Shown here: in pieces, positions 35,971-49,210 of the stretch
Numbering within the stretch: position 1 is the first letter of the stretch
Layout of the letters: every line of letters begins with the position of its first letter
Origin: Vicugna vicugna
Lineage: Eukaryota
Direction: 5' to 3'
Assembly: GCA_013265495.1 (NCBI GenBank)
Contig: MU058065.1
Location: forward strand, 7,998,302-8,062,301
DNA: 64,000 nucleotides
Notes under the pieces: generated by a model
Seen by the model: the letters and a program-made list of their open reading frames with translations, nothing else
Told to the model about the DNA's origin: nothing
Databases searched by the model: none
Position numbers and translations under genes: made by a program

Positions 35971-38399
35971 CCTGCGTCAGCTTCCTCCGAGGGCCCAAGG
36001 ATGGTAGGCGAAGGGTAAGAGAGGACACACTCCAGAGGGAAGGAGACAGGACCAGGTGGAGGCAGGACTGGGGTCTGCTCCCTCCAGGGGGGCCCCTGTC
36101 CCACGCTCCCACCCAGAAGTTGGGTGCCCTTTTCTCCATCTCTTCAAAACCCTTGCGATGAGCTCACGTTCACAACGTGCTTAGGAGGGCAAGTCGGCAC
36201 CCGTGTTCAGCTCCTGTTATCACTACGACTGTCTTCATTATTACCATTGAATCCAAGCTCCTGCTGTCAAAGAAAGTGATCTCCATCGACTCTTAAGCAA
36301 ATGATGGGTCTCTTCTCGGAGAAGATTTTAAGGAAGGCGTTGCTAGAATGTTCCTCAGTCACTCATTCCAGAGCTGCGCAAGCTCTTAGCTCCTGGGAAC
36401 CTCTAGCTCCTACCCAGCCCCCACCGCTGTTTCTGCCCGGTGAAGAGTTAGGAAATGGCTAGTGACCCTGATTTCAACCCTCCAGTGGCTTAAAGAGCAC
36501 AGTTTTCACACTGTCCTGCCGTCTGCCCTTCCTCCAGGCCCCTACTCCCTGCCGGCTCTTCTCCTGACCTCCATGCGACCCCATCTTCATCTGCAAGCCC
36601 ACAACAGGGCATGGTCCTTTGGGCGACCCCCTCACCACCCCTGACAGGGGCTTCCATCGGCAGGCACGGCTGGGGGATGGAGCTGGGACATCTCCACTCT
36701 GCCCAGCCCGAGCCCCGGTGCCCTGCCCCGTCCAAGTCAAGTGGCAAGCAGAGTAACTGGGAGCATCCCTACCTGGCTATAGGTGGCCTGTCACCGGGCA
36801 CACGTCCTTCTGAGTGCTCTTCCATGAGATTGCTCAGCCCGAGCACAGCTTTGCAGGCATGAAGCTGGTCAGTCAGCGCCAGGCAGTGACAGCAGGGATA
36901 GAGCGCGTGGCAGCTGCACTAGGAGGCGCAGAGAGGGACTGGCCTTCCCCACTTTCCTCTGCAGGGCTGCTGAGCGGGGCGTGGCGGATGGGTGAACAAG
37001 AGCAGCGCGCAGGACGGCCACGCTGGTCCAGGGCAGACCACAGGGCACCGCCTGCCCCGGAACTGTCTCCTGACCTCGCCATTGGCAGCTGTTCATCCTG
37101 CTGTCACCCACGTGCTGTCTGGAGCCGTGCGAGCCAGGACTCGTCTTCCTTTTGCTCCTCCTTCAGGGCTCCTCCCACCCCCGGGCCCACTCCACCAGGC
37201 CCCCGACTCCCTACAACCCTCACCTACCAACTCCCTGCTCACCTACCCAAGTCACTGAGGACCTGGCTTCGGGCTGCCAGGCCCCTGGTCCGGCCCCTCC
37301 TTGCACAGTTCATCATTGGACCCACAGCACCTTACTGCTCACACTTTCCCCTGGGGCCCTGTGACCCCTTAAGACTGGGCTGGGGCCTGGGGTCTGCTTG
37401 TGTCCCACCCTCACGTTTGGTGTCACAGCTGGTCGGAGGCCACACTCTTAGAAACATTCTCAACTCCATGGTCTCACCTCCATACACTGAAGCCATGCTC
37501 TGAGCCTTGGTACCCTAAAGGGTTCTGCATGGAAAGTCTAAAGATCCCACTCTGATTGAAATCACAGACAACCATTACAGTGAAAGAAACGGGGTGAGGG
37601 TTTTACTCAGTGGAGAATGAGAGTCTTTGGTCCCCCTCATTCTGATTTTCCATTCATCAGCCCTCTCCGGCTGTATCCTTCCCTCGGGAGCCAGGAGCCC
37701 ATGGCTCCAGTGTTACCATCTACTTGTCCAGGTCTTGCCTGCCCTGCAGCCCCTTGGCCCTGGATGAACCTCCCCTTGTCGCTCCCACACAGCCCCACTG
37801 AGCCCTGCAGGAGAAAGTCCAGCATGCTGTGGGCTGACCCCACCACAGAATCCTAAGCTCCAGACCCTGCCTAGGGAACCTTCCACGTCCCCCGCCTGTC
37901 AGCAACACACTTTCATGCTGCCCCTCATACTGCCTTCTCGCTGTCAGAGAAAACCAAGCCCCACCTGGAAGAACGTCCTGTCTTCCCATCCCAGCCCCAC
38001 AGAGTCAGCCACAAAACCACCGTCCTGTTCTCCACCAGCTCCCATCAGTCCTCCTCCGTTTCCAAGCGACAGCCCTCTTTCTCCACTGTCCCTGCTTGCT
38101 GCTGCCCCCACCACCTCTTCCATCAGCCATCCCCCGTCCTGCTGCGTGGGCCCCTGAGGAGGCGGAGCGGTGACTAGGAACAGAGTCTTGTATGTGGAGC
38201 CCATGGGACTGGCTCACAAACTGGATGGATGTCGGGATGAGGATGTGGGGAAAGGCAAGGATGTCCTCTCCACCCCGCATCCCCCAGACAACTCAAGTCC
38301 AGCGTGCCCAAAACTGGACTCATACTGTAAGCTCAAGTTCTTTGCCTATCTTACTTTGTCCTGTGTCTTAAAAGCACAAGTTCAAAAACAAGAACAAAA

Positions 38400-39195
38400 T
38401 TTGCACTCGTCATCTTCCCTCCTAAACTATTCCGTCTCCATCTCCCCTCTCCTCCTCCTCATCTCTTTCCTCCCTTTGCCATCTCAGAGGATGGCTCCAC
38501 CCTCCACCTAGCTGCCCAGGCCTGACCCTCCTTTACCCCTGATGTCTAATGAGTGCCCAGGTCCCAGGAATGAGCTACCTCATCGACAACTCTCCAGTCT
38601 GTCCCTTCTCTCCACCTCTCCTGCCTGGTTCAGACCGCGCTCACTTCTCACCTGGATCACTGCTGCCTCTTCCTGCTGGGACCTTCCATCCCTCCCATGT
38701 CCTCCATGCTAGCCATCACAGTCAGAGGTCACTTTGCAGTGAGCACAGACCCAGCCGTAGCCATCCTCTACTTAAATTCCTTCCTTGACTCTTGAGAGCT
38801 TTTGGTCCAAAATTGAAATCCTTCAGCAAGACACCCAAGGTCTCTCCTGGCAGGCTCTCCTCCACTCACACCTCCCATACCACAGGCAGCCTCAACCACA
38901 GGCAGGTCTCCAGGTTCATTGTGTAGCTCAAGCTGGTCCCTCTGTCTGAACCCCGCCACACACACATGCCTCTCCTTTCCCCAGATTCCTGCTTCCTCTT
39001 TGCAACTCTATCTTTGCACCCCCTCTGAGACACAAATATTCCTCCTAATCGCACCGAGCACACCTCCATCACACCCATGGTCATCATGGAGTGACGTTGC
39101 TGTTTCCCTCCACGAGAATATCAGCCCTTGCAGGATAGGGACCTCCATCTTTTTCATCTTCACATCCTGAAACCCTAACACTGAGCTTAGGATAG
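38400..39195 (+). mobile_element. Degraded L2 fragments
   Basis: Pyrimidine-rich L2-like phrases, e.g. cacttctcacctggatcactgc..ctcttcctgctgg. Confidence 0.45.
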
Positions 39196-40231
39196 GATAC
39201 TAACTTCATGTACGCAGCACTTACTATATGACAGAACTGATTTCATCATCTCAAATCAGTTCTTTGAGAGAGAAATTATCTCCATATTTAAAGACGAAAT
39301 AAATGAAATTCAGAGACTAGAAATGTGTCCAAAGTCACATGTTGGAAGGAGTAGCATTCTAAATCTGTTCCAAGACTGCCTTACCTCCAAGCCCATACAC
39401 TCAACTACCCCCATCAGACGTAACTAGTGCTCCAGACACATCTGACGGATGCAGTCACTACAGCGTGTGTCTCCAGATTCCGAGGGCGTGAGAACGGGCA
39501 GCCTAGGACAGGTCTCGTGGCTCACTCGTTCAACAAGCATCCCCAGTTGAGTCATTCCGGGCCCCTTAAGCAAATGACTCTCCCACAGTGTAAATTTAGA
39601 TGCAGTTTCTGGTACTGCCACACAGTGGCAGTAGAGCCCAGTGTTTGTCAACGGCCCGTCTTTAAAATTTAAAGACGCAGTTCCAGAATATGAGCAATCG
39701 GCTTGACATCCACAAGCCCAGCCAACCATCTTCCCCCATGGGGTGCAATTATGCACCCTCAAAGGTTTCTAGGTCATGCTATACATCAGTCCGTGTGGTT
39801 CCTGTAGCTAAAGCTGCAGCAGAAGTGCTGCCCCCACACCCCTAAAATCTACCTCTCCAGAGGGTTTAGAGTACAAGGAGTACTGAACCCAACTTATCAG
39901 AAAGGACTCAAGTGAGCTGGCAACCCTGGGGCAGAGGGGCTGGCACAAGGGCTGACCCCAGCAGTGTCTCCATGATAACCCCTCCCATTTTATACACTCC
40001 TATAGTTTTCAAAGCACATTCACATCCATCATCCCATGTTGATATCACCGTGTTATCAACTAGGTAATATCAAATGTCAGCCCTGTTGAGGCGAAATCCC
40101 CATTAGACAGATGAGGGAAACTGAGGTTCAGAGATGGCAATAATGTAGCTCCAGGGCAATGGAATATAGTAAGTGGTGGGACAGGATTCAAACCCAGGTG
40201 TCCTAACTCCAGCATTCTTCTTGCCTCATCG

Positions 40232-40483
40232 CTGGCTCTGCATTAGAACCACATATGCATGACTGGGACATTGTGCTGTACACCAGAAATTGACACATTG
40301 TAACTGGTTGTACGTAAATAAATACATAAAATTTAAAAATAAATAAATAAACACTTTGCCCGGGCTCCACTCCAGACCAATCAGATCAGAATTTCTGATG
40401 GTGGGGCATTGGCATGAGAATTTTTTTTGTTTCTTTTTGAGTGCCTTAGTCTATTTAAATGTTAGCTACGTTGAAAATCACTG
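40232..40483. mobile_element. MER5B-like element with an inserted L1 3'-tail fragment (~40252-40350)
   Basis: MER5 halves cattagaacca and tgcccgggctccactccagaccaatcagatcagaatttctg are split by gactgggacattgtgctgtacaccagaaattgacacattgtaact plus an A-rich tail. Confidence 0.65.
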
Positions 40484-41817
40484 CACTTGCTAGGAGAGCC
40501 AGCACAGCTGCCCCACCCAGAATAGCAGCCACCGGCTACCCAGCTGAGTGGACAGGAGAGGGGCGGTGGGAGCACCCAACAGTGAATAGGAGAAAATCCA
40601 CATGGGGACTGATGACCCACAGAGTGCAGATCCAACCAGTGCCCAAAGCCCTCCAGGTTCTCTCCAAGCATACGCCCTGCGTCTGCCCACAGGGGAGGGT
40701 ATAACTCAGGGCTGAGCAGACGTCCTGAGCTGGAGTTAGGGGCCCTAGCCCCAGCGGTGGTGGTCAGGCACCTCTGGGACCTTTTCTTCATCTGTGAAGT
40801 GCAGCTAGTAATAACTGAATTAATGTACTTCCAGGGTGGCCAGCCACTAGCTAACAGTGCAGCCCAGATGCTCTGGCTGGGGCTCTGTCTGCTTTGGGAG
40901 ACCTGTTTTTCTTCTTCAAGAAGTGAAGCTCCTATCACCCCCAGAACAGGCCACAGGTGTCCCTCTGCCTCTCCCGAGTGGCTTAGATGGAAGGTCAGGA
41001 GGCAGGTGGGTCAGGCAAAACTGCCTCTGGGTCAGACTCCGCAGGAGAAGGGACACATTAAGGTGATGCCACACGTGGACAGGGGGCTTGAAAGCTCTGA
41101 GCACTCCTTCCCCCGTGGCTCCCTGCAAAGTGGGGAGCTCCCTGGAACCTGCCAGAGTTGGAGGGGCCAACAGAACCAAGTGGGCAGAGCTCTCACACAG
41201 AATTTTTGCTTTAGAAAGAAGGCCGGCATCTGTGCCCCAGAAAAGTCCCTTGGCCTTGGCTAACATGTGCTGCGCGGGAGCCAGTTGCTCAGGCCCCTCA
41301 GCGAGCAGGCAGCAGACCTAGATTCTCAGAGGTCACATCTTTGTGAACATGCTGTCCAGCAACAGCCCCACTCCGTCTCCTTGGGGGCTGAGTAGATGTC
41401 TCCCCCTGGGCGAGGGAGCTCCCCTTGATTTCGGGGACTCCAGACCCCAACTCCATTGTTTCCTGGCTCCCTTTCTCCCTCTGCAGTGTCACCTGAATAT
41501 GAGAGAGGATGAGACACAGGCTTCACCCCTCCCCGCCAGAGCCCACCCAGGGGCAGGACAGTCCAGAGTCTCAGCAGGGAGTCCAGGCAAGAGACCCCAG
41601 ATTCCTGCTGCACTGGAGGATTTCACCTGGGTTAAGGACTTCAAGTTTCCAGAAGCCCTTCCTCCTGCCCCATTCATCCTGTGTTATGAGTGGGAAAGCA
41701 AGACTCTGCATTTCCTGTGTCCCCAAGAGTCCGAGCAGAGTTGGAGGGAAGGAGGCTGGGGATCCTGGGGATCTCTTTCCCAAGGGGGCCCCAAAGATTC
41801 AGACAGAAGACACATGC

Positions 41818-41838
41818 TTTATTTTTCCTTCCTTTAAT
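41818..41838 (-). terminator. IGFBP2: IGFBP2 polyadenylation signals
   Basis: Minus-strand ATTAAA (41838-41833) and AATAAA (41823-41818), ~320 nt after the stop. Confidence 0.8.
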
Positions 41839-42153
41839 CTTAAGCAAAAGAGACACAGGGGTTCAAAAATAAAAATTTCTTTTTCTCCCTCTCCCAAACC
41901 TTTGCCCCAGCTCCGCCACTGCAACCAACCCCTTCCTCTCCAGCAGGGATGCGAGGAGGGAGGGTGCAGGCATCTCCAGCTGGGGAGGGGGAAGGCGGGG
42001 GGGGGTGCCGAGCTCGGTGCTGGGCTCTTTCCAAATATAAATACACATGTCAGAACTCCTGGAAAACCCTCCCCCACCCACCACGCAAGCACTCTCCTCG
42101 CTCTGGAGAGGAGGGATGGGGGTGGGGGGTGCCAGGCACCGGCTGGCTGTGAT

Positions 42154-42318
42154 TTACTGCATCCGCTGGGTGTGGACCCCACGAGCCCCCTGCTGCTCAT
42201 TGTAGAAGAGATGACACTCAGGGTCCCCGCGGATGGTGGGGGCTCCCTGGATCAGCTTCCCGGTGTTGGGGTTCACACACCAGCACTCCCCACGCTGCCC
42301 ATTCAGAGACATCTTGCA
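42154..42318 (-). CDS. IGFBP2: IGFBP2 exon 4 coding part (contains RGD)
   Basis: [54 protein letters not shown]; acceptor cttcag; RGD at 42231-42223. Confidence 0.98.
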   Translation of the reverse strand, partial: CKMSLNGQRGECWCVNPNTGKLIQGAPTIRGDPECHLFYNEQQGARGVHTQRMQ

Positions 42319-42599
42319 CTGAAGAGAGAGAAGAGGAGGACGTGGAGGACACCCGGTTAAAATGGGGGGTCTCGCTAAAATACAAACTCCCGTTCAGGAG
42401 GCCTGGGCGGGCCTACAATACATGCTTGATAGCTCCAACATGCCGCCGGTGCTGCTGGCCCAGGGGCCACGCTCTGGTTATTAGCAAGGCTGCTGGGGAT
42501 GCCCCAAGATGGAAAGACTCAGCCCCCACCCACAGGGAGGTCCCATCCAGTGGGGGATGCAGTCACAGGGTGACATGGAAAACGCAGGGTATGGTAAAA

Positions 42600-42850
42600 G
42601 TCACGGCTAGCACAGGTCCTACTATGTGCTGGGCATGGTGTAAGCCATCTATACACTGCTCGCTTATAGTACACACCTAACATATATGTCCATTCAGTCC
42701 TCACAACCACCTTGTGAATTAGGTGCCGTTGTTTCACCACTTTTACAGACGATCAGAAAGCAGCACAGATGGGTTCAGTAACTTGCCCAAAGTCACAGAG
42801 CTAGTAAGAGTCATAGCTGAGATGCCAACCCAGGCATGCCCCTCCCCGAG
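42600..42850 (-). mobile_element. MIR
   Basis: cctactatgtgctgggca..tcctcacaaccacc..ttttacagacga..agtaacttgcccaaagtcacagagctagtaag. Confidence 0.75.
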
Positions 42851-43144
42851 TTCCCGTTCCTACCCATAAATCAATTCCTCTTGCAAATCCCTGCAGTTCC
42901 TCATAAGGTACAGCATGCAGCCTGGTTTTCTTTAGAAGAGATCACTATTTCTCTTTTTGCACTCCAAAGGAAGTAGCAGGCTTACATTCAGAGGGCAGAT
43001 GTACAAACACACAGCTTTGAATGCTAGACTGATGTTTCAAGGGGCAAGAAGCCTGTACCGTGAAGGAGGCGGGGAAGTGAGATGCCCCTGGAGGGATCAG
43101 AAGAGCCCGTACCCCATGTCCTGGTTCTGCAATCCACCGTTTAA

Positions 43145-43301
43145 GTCACTTCTAACTTCTCACTAGGATCACCAAGGGAGCTTTTGAAAATCTGGTGCCC
43201 AGAAAGCATCCCAGACTCACAAAACCTGAATCGCCAGGGATGGGGCCTGGGCATCCGTATTCTTTAAAGCTCCCTGTGTGCAGCTGGGCTCAGAACCTCT
43301 G
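43145..43301. mobile_element. MER5B-like element
   Basis: atcaccaagggagcttttgaaaa..gggatggggcctgggcatc..tttaaagctccc. Confidence 0.6.
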
Positions 43302-43764
43302 CTGGAAAACAGAATGGCCAGTGGAGCCCACACTACTGTCTTCCTCTCTCCCAATCCTTCTCTGTGTCTTACGTGAAATGCACACAGAGTTTTTCTCCCT
43401 ATTCAAGGCAGCAGCTGGAGGACATGAGGAGCGGTTCTAGGTAAAACACAGCCCATCGATATTAAACAACCACTAACAACCATCACTACAAACTCTATGT
43501 GGCTGTGTAAAAAATATCGATAATGTCAAGGGGAAATACGCACATGCAAGCCGATCATCAGAAGGCACATGAACAGAGAGTACAAGGGGGAGGGAAAGGG
43601 CTCCTGAGTCTTTTACTTACACTTTCTTAGTTTTCTCTAATGTACTGATAACACTGTTCTAGCATGGTTTTTAGAAGTATTTCAAGTGGCGTTTCCCCAT
43701 CCCTGATTCTCCATTTCCTGAGATACTTGGAAACCAGAGGGGCTGCTTGATCAGTGGTTTAAAC

Positions 43765-43933
43765 CAGTGATTCTGGAAGTGTGGTCCATGGACCATCAGC
43801 ATCTCCCGAGAGCTGGTTAGAAATGCGCTCTTGGTCCCTACTTGACTTTCTGAACGGTAGTCTCTGGGGAGGAAATGGGAGGATGAGTCACCTCCAGGTG
43901 ATCCTAATGCTCAATGAAAGTCGAGAAGCATTG
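43765..43933. mobile_element. MER5A
   Basis: cagtgattctggaagtgtggtccatggacca..gttagaaatgc..ccaggtgatcctaatgc. Confidence 0.7.
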
Positions 43934-44199
43934 ATATGCACCCCCATCTCTTCTCCAAGAGGCCCCCACGCATCCGCATCCTGGACACCACGCGCTGCTG
44001 GCAGGTCGGTGGATAAGTGGACTCACACGCCGGAAGCCAAGAAGGGAAGCCCCGCCCCCGCCCCCCCTGGACCGGCAGCTTGCGTCCCCACCCCTCCACC
44101 CCCTCATCACAGAAGACTCAGTGTCTCACTCAGTTGAGACCTCAGAGGGCTAAAGGTGGTGGGACAGGAACCCCCAGGGCCAAGAAGATCCTCGCTCAC

Positions 44200-44340
44200 C
44201 TGTTTGAGGTTGTACAGGCCGTGCTTGTCACAGTTAGGGATGTGCAAGGAGTAGAGGTGCTCCAGGGGGCCCCGCTCATCGGGAAGGCGCATGGTGGAGA
44301 TCCGCTCCAGGACCTGGTCCAGCTCCTGCTGGCAGGGGGT
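44200..44340 (-). CDS. IGFBP2: IGFBP2 exon 3
   Basis: [47 protein letters not shown]; 141 nt; acceptor cccacag, donor CAG|gtgagc. Confidence 0.98.
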
Positions 44341-45102
44341 CTGTGGGCACAGGCGCAGGAAGAGGATGCTTAGAGTGAGAACGGACTCGCGTACCGCTGG
44401 CCCTGGGTGCCGCTGCAGAAAGAGGCTCATGCACGGAAAGGACTTTCTCAAGGCCACACAGTCAGTCGGTGGAACCAGGAACGTATTGACACCTAGCCCA
44501 GCAATCTCACTGCCATATTGCCGTAATGCACCCCACCGGACGAGAAACTCGCCTGGACGTGAGTTTTCACTCCTCTCCTCCATCTGTGTCAAGGGCTTTC
44601 AGGGGTCAAACTGGAATCTACTTGCAAATACTAAATTCAAGGGGCTGCCTCTAGAGTAGCTCTACCCCTACCCAGTGGCCCAATCTCAATTCCCTCCCAT
44701 AAACCCAAGGAGGGCCAGGACCAAGACAGCGGAGCTGAGCTGGAGAGAGGAAGAGGGGTAGCTGAATGGGGCAGCGGATCACACGAGTGGGCAAGTTAAG
44801 TGGATGCATCCTCATCTCTAGCATCCATTTTTTTGCCTTTGTCCCGAAGCCAAGTAGGAATGTGGAGGTTTTAGAAGGGACTTCAGGAATCCATATGCCC
44901 AGCCCATTCCACAGTCAGAGATACTGAAATCACCAAAAGAGATACTGATCGGCCTGAACGTCAAAGAACATGTTGGTGGCAGAACCGAAAGGAAAAGGCT
45001 TTGCCTGCAGGCAACACAGGATGTAGATCTCACTGGGGTGCCTGCCACGCCCACCCCCTCCCCCACCCGCCTGCTGGGATACTCCCTTTGCAAGTCCCCT
45101 GA

Positions 45103-45329
45103 GGCAGGTGGTGGCCGCAGCTTCTTGGGCTCCTCCAGGCCGAGGTGATGTTTGCCACCCTTGCCCATCTGCCGGTGCTGCTCGGTGACCTTCTCCCGGA
45201 ACACGGCCAGCTCCTTCATGCCCGACTTAAGGGGCTTTCGGCCGGCACCACCTCCGCCTCCCAGCAAGTTCATGTTCCCGTCCACGTGGTTCTCAACCAG
45301 GCTTCCCTCAGAGTGGTCATCGCCATTCT
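45103..45329 (-). CDS. IGFBP2: IGFBP2 exon 2; 3' boundary uncertain because the canonical donor is absent
   Basis: Acceptor ctctctgcag; (E)[75 protein letters not shown]. No AGG|GT follows GCC; the nearest in-frame GT is at 45066. Confidence 0.93.
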
Positions 45330-45469
45330 CTGCAGAGAGGGGTGGAAGGAAGAGCTGCAGGTCCAATTTCCAGACAGAAGAGCCCTCCAAGGACCATCTG
45401 GGCCCCTGATCATGATGAGAACAGAGATGACTAACACCTAAGCAATGGTACTAAGCAACTTACTGGATT

Positions 45470-45610
45470 ATCAATTCCAGTTTCACAGCAATGGTGGGTG
45501 CTATTAGCACCCTCCCCCAACTTTCACAGATGGAGAAGTTGAGGCTCACGGAGGTCAATTTCTTGACCAAGATCACAATACAAGATTTGAACGCAGGCTC
45601 TCTGACTCTA
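45470..45610 (-). mobile_element. MIR fragment
   Basis: ttcacagatggagaagttgaggctcacggaggtcaatttcttgaccaagatcaca. Confidence 0.65.
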
Positions 45611-48600
45611 AAAGAATGCTCTGCCTCCATCCTAGGAGGCCAGGGAAAGGGGGACGGGTGGAGGTGCAAGGAAGGGTGAACACGTGGGCACAGGATTAAG
45701 TCCACTATTCTTCCCTGGAAAGACCGCTCAGTCACTCATCACTAACCCACCCCTGTTTAAGGTCTGCATCATTTATGGTCTGAAAGGGCGTGGGTGGGGT
45801 GAGTTTTAAAACTCATGCCGCACAGATCACTGGGCCATGCTCTGTCTGGAGAGAGACTGAGGTGGAGAGAACTCAGGGTCCAACACCTCTCCACTGTTAC
45901 ACTTCATCTGCCCGTCCGCCCCTCCTCGTGTTCCCGATGCTTCATTACTACAGATGCTACAGAGCTGCCCAGGGACCTGATTTGTTCCCGTGTCTGTCTA
46001 CGTATGCCACCCCCTCCCCCATGACACAAGCCCCCTAGAACAGGACGATGACCTCCTCCACGCTGTAGTTTCATCGCACTGCAGGGCATGGAGCCTCACC
46101 CAGATGTCTGTCCAAGGACCATCGATAAGTCAACTTTCTTAAACGGCCAGCCAGTTGGCAATAGGGAATGGCTCCTCCTGTGCGCACAGCTCAGGTGGAG
46201 GGACCCCAAGAGCAGCACCCCTGCTACCACAGTCTCACAGAGGCTCAGGCATGTCCAGCCAGACAACAGAGTGAATGGTATGGAAGAGTCGTAACCAGGG
46301 AGATGACTTCCCTTGAGCTCTAGGGGGGCCAGGAGGCTAACAGCCCCTTACAGACACAGCAGCACAAATAGGGCCTCAGACCTCACCACAGCCCCCGGGA
46401 GGGCTCAGGACCTGAAGACATGCAAGGGGTGTTTCCAAACAAATCTCGCACATATTCTCTTCCCCTTTAATGCACCTTCAAAAACTTATAGCCTGGATAA
46501 TATACCGAACTGGCTTCTAAAATATTTCTACACAACAATTTCGGGCGAGGCACCAAGTACTTGGCGATCCCTTCAGAATTTGGGCACAGCATGGTGGGCT
46601 CAGAGGGTCACTGTCCTGGGCAGTATTGGCCCTTACCTGTAAAAGAGGGGTCATGGTACCCACTCTGGTTTGTCACAAGCTGTGGTGTTCATTCTCTCAC
46701 CAGCTAAGAGACTGGACACTCTTCCGTGCCTTGGGGAGCTGACATATGCGTGCCTATAGCATTCTCCAGCAGATCCCAGGGGACCAGGCACCAGCCAGGG
46801 CCCCACAAATGGAGGTATTCAAGAGAGGTCTGATCCCTTTCCTGCCTTCCCACTGGGCCTAACACCTGGTCGGTTCTCACTAGCTACAGCATCCCTTTAG
46901 AAACAGGCACTTTATCTCCAGACTGGCGAGCACTGGTTAAGAGGGGGACCTTGGGTTAAATCCCAGCTCTGCCACTTTTTTATTTTTATACCAGCTGCAT
47001 TTCTCCTGCACAGATACCCACTCTGTGCCTCTGTTTTCTTAACTGTAAGTTACTGGATAATAGTTCCTACTCCACAGAACTGTTGAGGGTGTGTTACAGG
47101 TAAAGCCAAAGAGATACAGCGTGGAACGCAGAAATTCTGCGTCATGCCGGCGGTGATTACTTTGCTGATGATGACGATGATGGCAGTTGCCTCAGTGATC
47201 TGCTACCCCTGCCGTGTGGAACCCACTCAAGAAGCAGGAAGCAGAGGAAGATAAGCCTCTGCTCACCACAGCTGCAGTCACCCCGTCCGAGCACTGTGAG
47301 GTTCTGATGCCGCTCACCAGACGGGGAAAGTCAGCACAAGAAGGGCCCTGACTGTCCGCAGTAGCACCGCTCCAGTAAGCCTGGTTCCTGCGTGTCTGGT
47401 TTCCAAGGCCACCACAGAATAAAATCAACAAAATTAAAAGGAGAAAGAAGGAAGGCATGTGGACAGTGGCAAAAAGTATCAAATAGCAGGGAGGAACGAG
47501 GACAGCTAAAAAAACCAAACGTAAGAACTATGGGGACATTCAGTGCACAACAACAACTCCCCAGCTATTGATGGTCCCTGAAAACTTCCACACTGTGTAG
47601 CCCCAAACGAGGGTTGTGCTGATAGTGATGATAACCTTGGGGCATCCAAAAAGGGGAGGGGGGTTAACATGCCAAGGACTCAGTATTTAAAAAAAAAAAA
47701 GATTTCTATCCAAAATTATTAAACTTTAGAAAAATAAAAGTTGCAATATTTAAATGAGTAAGCCAGCTGAAACCCAGAAAATTTTTCTCCAGAATGGCTA
47801 TTTCCCCAGGGACTCCGAGTAGCCCAGATTTTATCATAAATAAACCAAGCACAGATCAGATCCCGTTCCAGAAGCCCCAGCGCCACCGCAGGGGAAGGCT
47901 GAATGGAAGCATTTGCCACCAAGCTGGGTGGGAGTTCTGATCCACCACGGTCTCCATTAACCCACCCCGAACTTTCCTCACCGACCCTGCCCACTCCTTT
48001 TCGTCCTTTAGGCTGAAACAGTGGAAATCCAGAGGCCCCAGGAGAAGCATTCCTGGTCCCCTGACTCAGCTACTGGCCAAGTTCCCCTGAACGAGGACAC
48101 GGAGTAGCCCCGCCTGGCTGGGACTGGTCAGGCAGCTAAGGCCAACCATGAAGGTGCCCCCTTCCCTCTTCAGATGGCAGAAGTGGAGGGCAGGAGGCTA
48201 GAGGAAAGGCTTGTGAGAGTCTGAGATAAATCTGGAGAATAAACAGGATGATCTGATTCAGGTAAGCCTCCATCTCCTCCACAGTAACCTTGAAACATAA
48301 GGCAGGTGTTGGCACAAGCAAGGGGACTCATCCCCATCCTCACCACCTGCTCTCCTGCCACTTCCATTTCTACAGGCTTCTCTGCACCTAAACCCGGGGG
48401 CACAACTTCAGGCTCCCTGTCCCCATTGCTGCAGGCACTGGCCCGGGGCACACAGGAGGAACAGAGCAAGGCGCCTAGAAAAAAGTCCTTTTCCCCCGGC
48501 TGCACTAGGGGCCACGCAGGATCAAACGGGAAAGACAAAATGGGAACCTCCAGCCTGCCCTCCTCCAGACCCTCGTACCTGAGTTCATCACCCGGTGCCT

Positions 48601-48994
48601 GAGGCATCCTCGCTGCGCCCTGCCCCGCCGGCTTCCCGCCCACAGTGGCAGAGAGAATTTCCGGAGACCTCAACACCACTTTCAGCCCTCAAGACCCTGT
48701 GTTCTGCTCACAAGGTAATTAGATAAGGGTTCTGGGGATCTGCCGTCATCTCTGGAACTCTCCGCTCTGCTGTCACGAAGCCTGTGGCTCACAGAAGCTC
48801 ACCTGGCTCCTCTCTTTTGCAGGCAGGCTTGCCTGCCCACCCCAAGGCTTCGACTAAGACAGCCGGTCTCCACTGTGGCTGTAACTACACGTGCTCGGGT
48901 TGAAGAGGGCAGGGTGGCCCGCGTTTAGTCCCATCCAGGAGCTCCTGGGACGGCTCCACTCACCTGAACCCCATGCCTGGAACACTCTCGGGAT

Positions 48995-49210
48995 CAGAGT
49001 CCCCCAGCCTTAGCACCACTGGCATTGGGACCGGAAGACTTTGTGGGAGAGCTGTCCCATGTGAGACGTCGAGCCCCACCCTGAACCTCTCTACCCACCA
49101 GATGCCAGGAGCACCCCTCCCCGTGCCAAGTTGCAACAGTCAGAAACATCTTTGAACGTCAGGACAAATGGGCCCTGGGAGGGGAAGTCACCCCCAGCTG
49201 GAAACCACTG
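48995..49210. mobile_element. MER20 (hAT-Charlie)
   Basis: ctctacccaccagatgccaggagcacccctcc..caaatgggccctgggaggggaagtcacccccagctggaaaccactg. Confidence 0.8.

Noticed and set aside
36814..37503. 229-aa intergenic ORF
   Set aside because: Non-ATG start, GC-rich and Pro/Arg/Ser-biased; no homology recognised.
40692..40709. 18-mer matching the Vic-1 SINE 5' end (ggggagggtataactcag)
   Set aside because: No B box or tail follows; too short to call.
41509..42360. 283-aa plus-strand ORF
   Set aside because: Antisense to IGFBP2 exon 4 and 3'UTR; GC-rich, no domain features.
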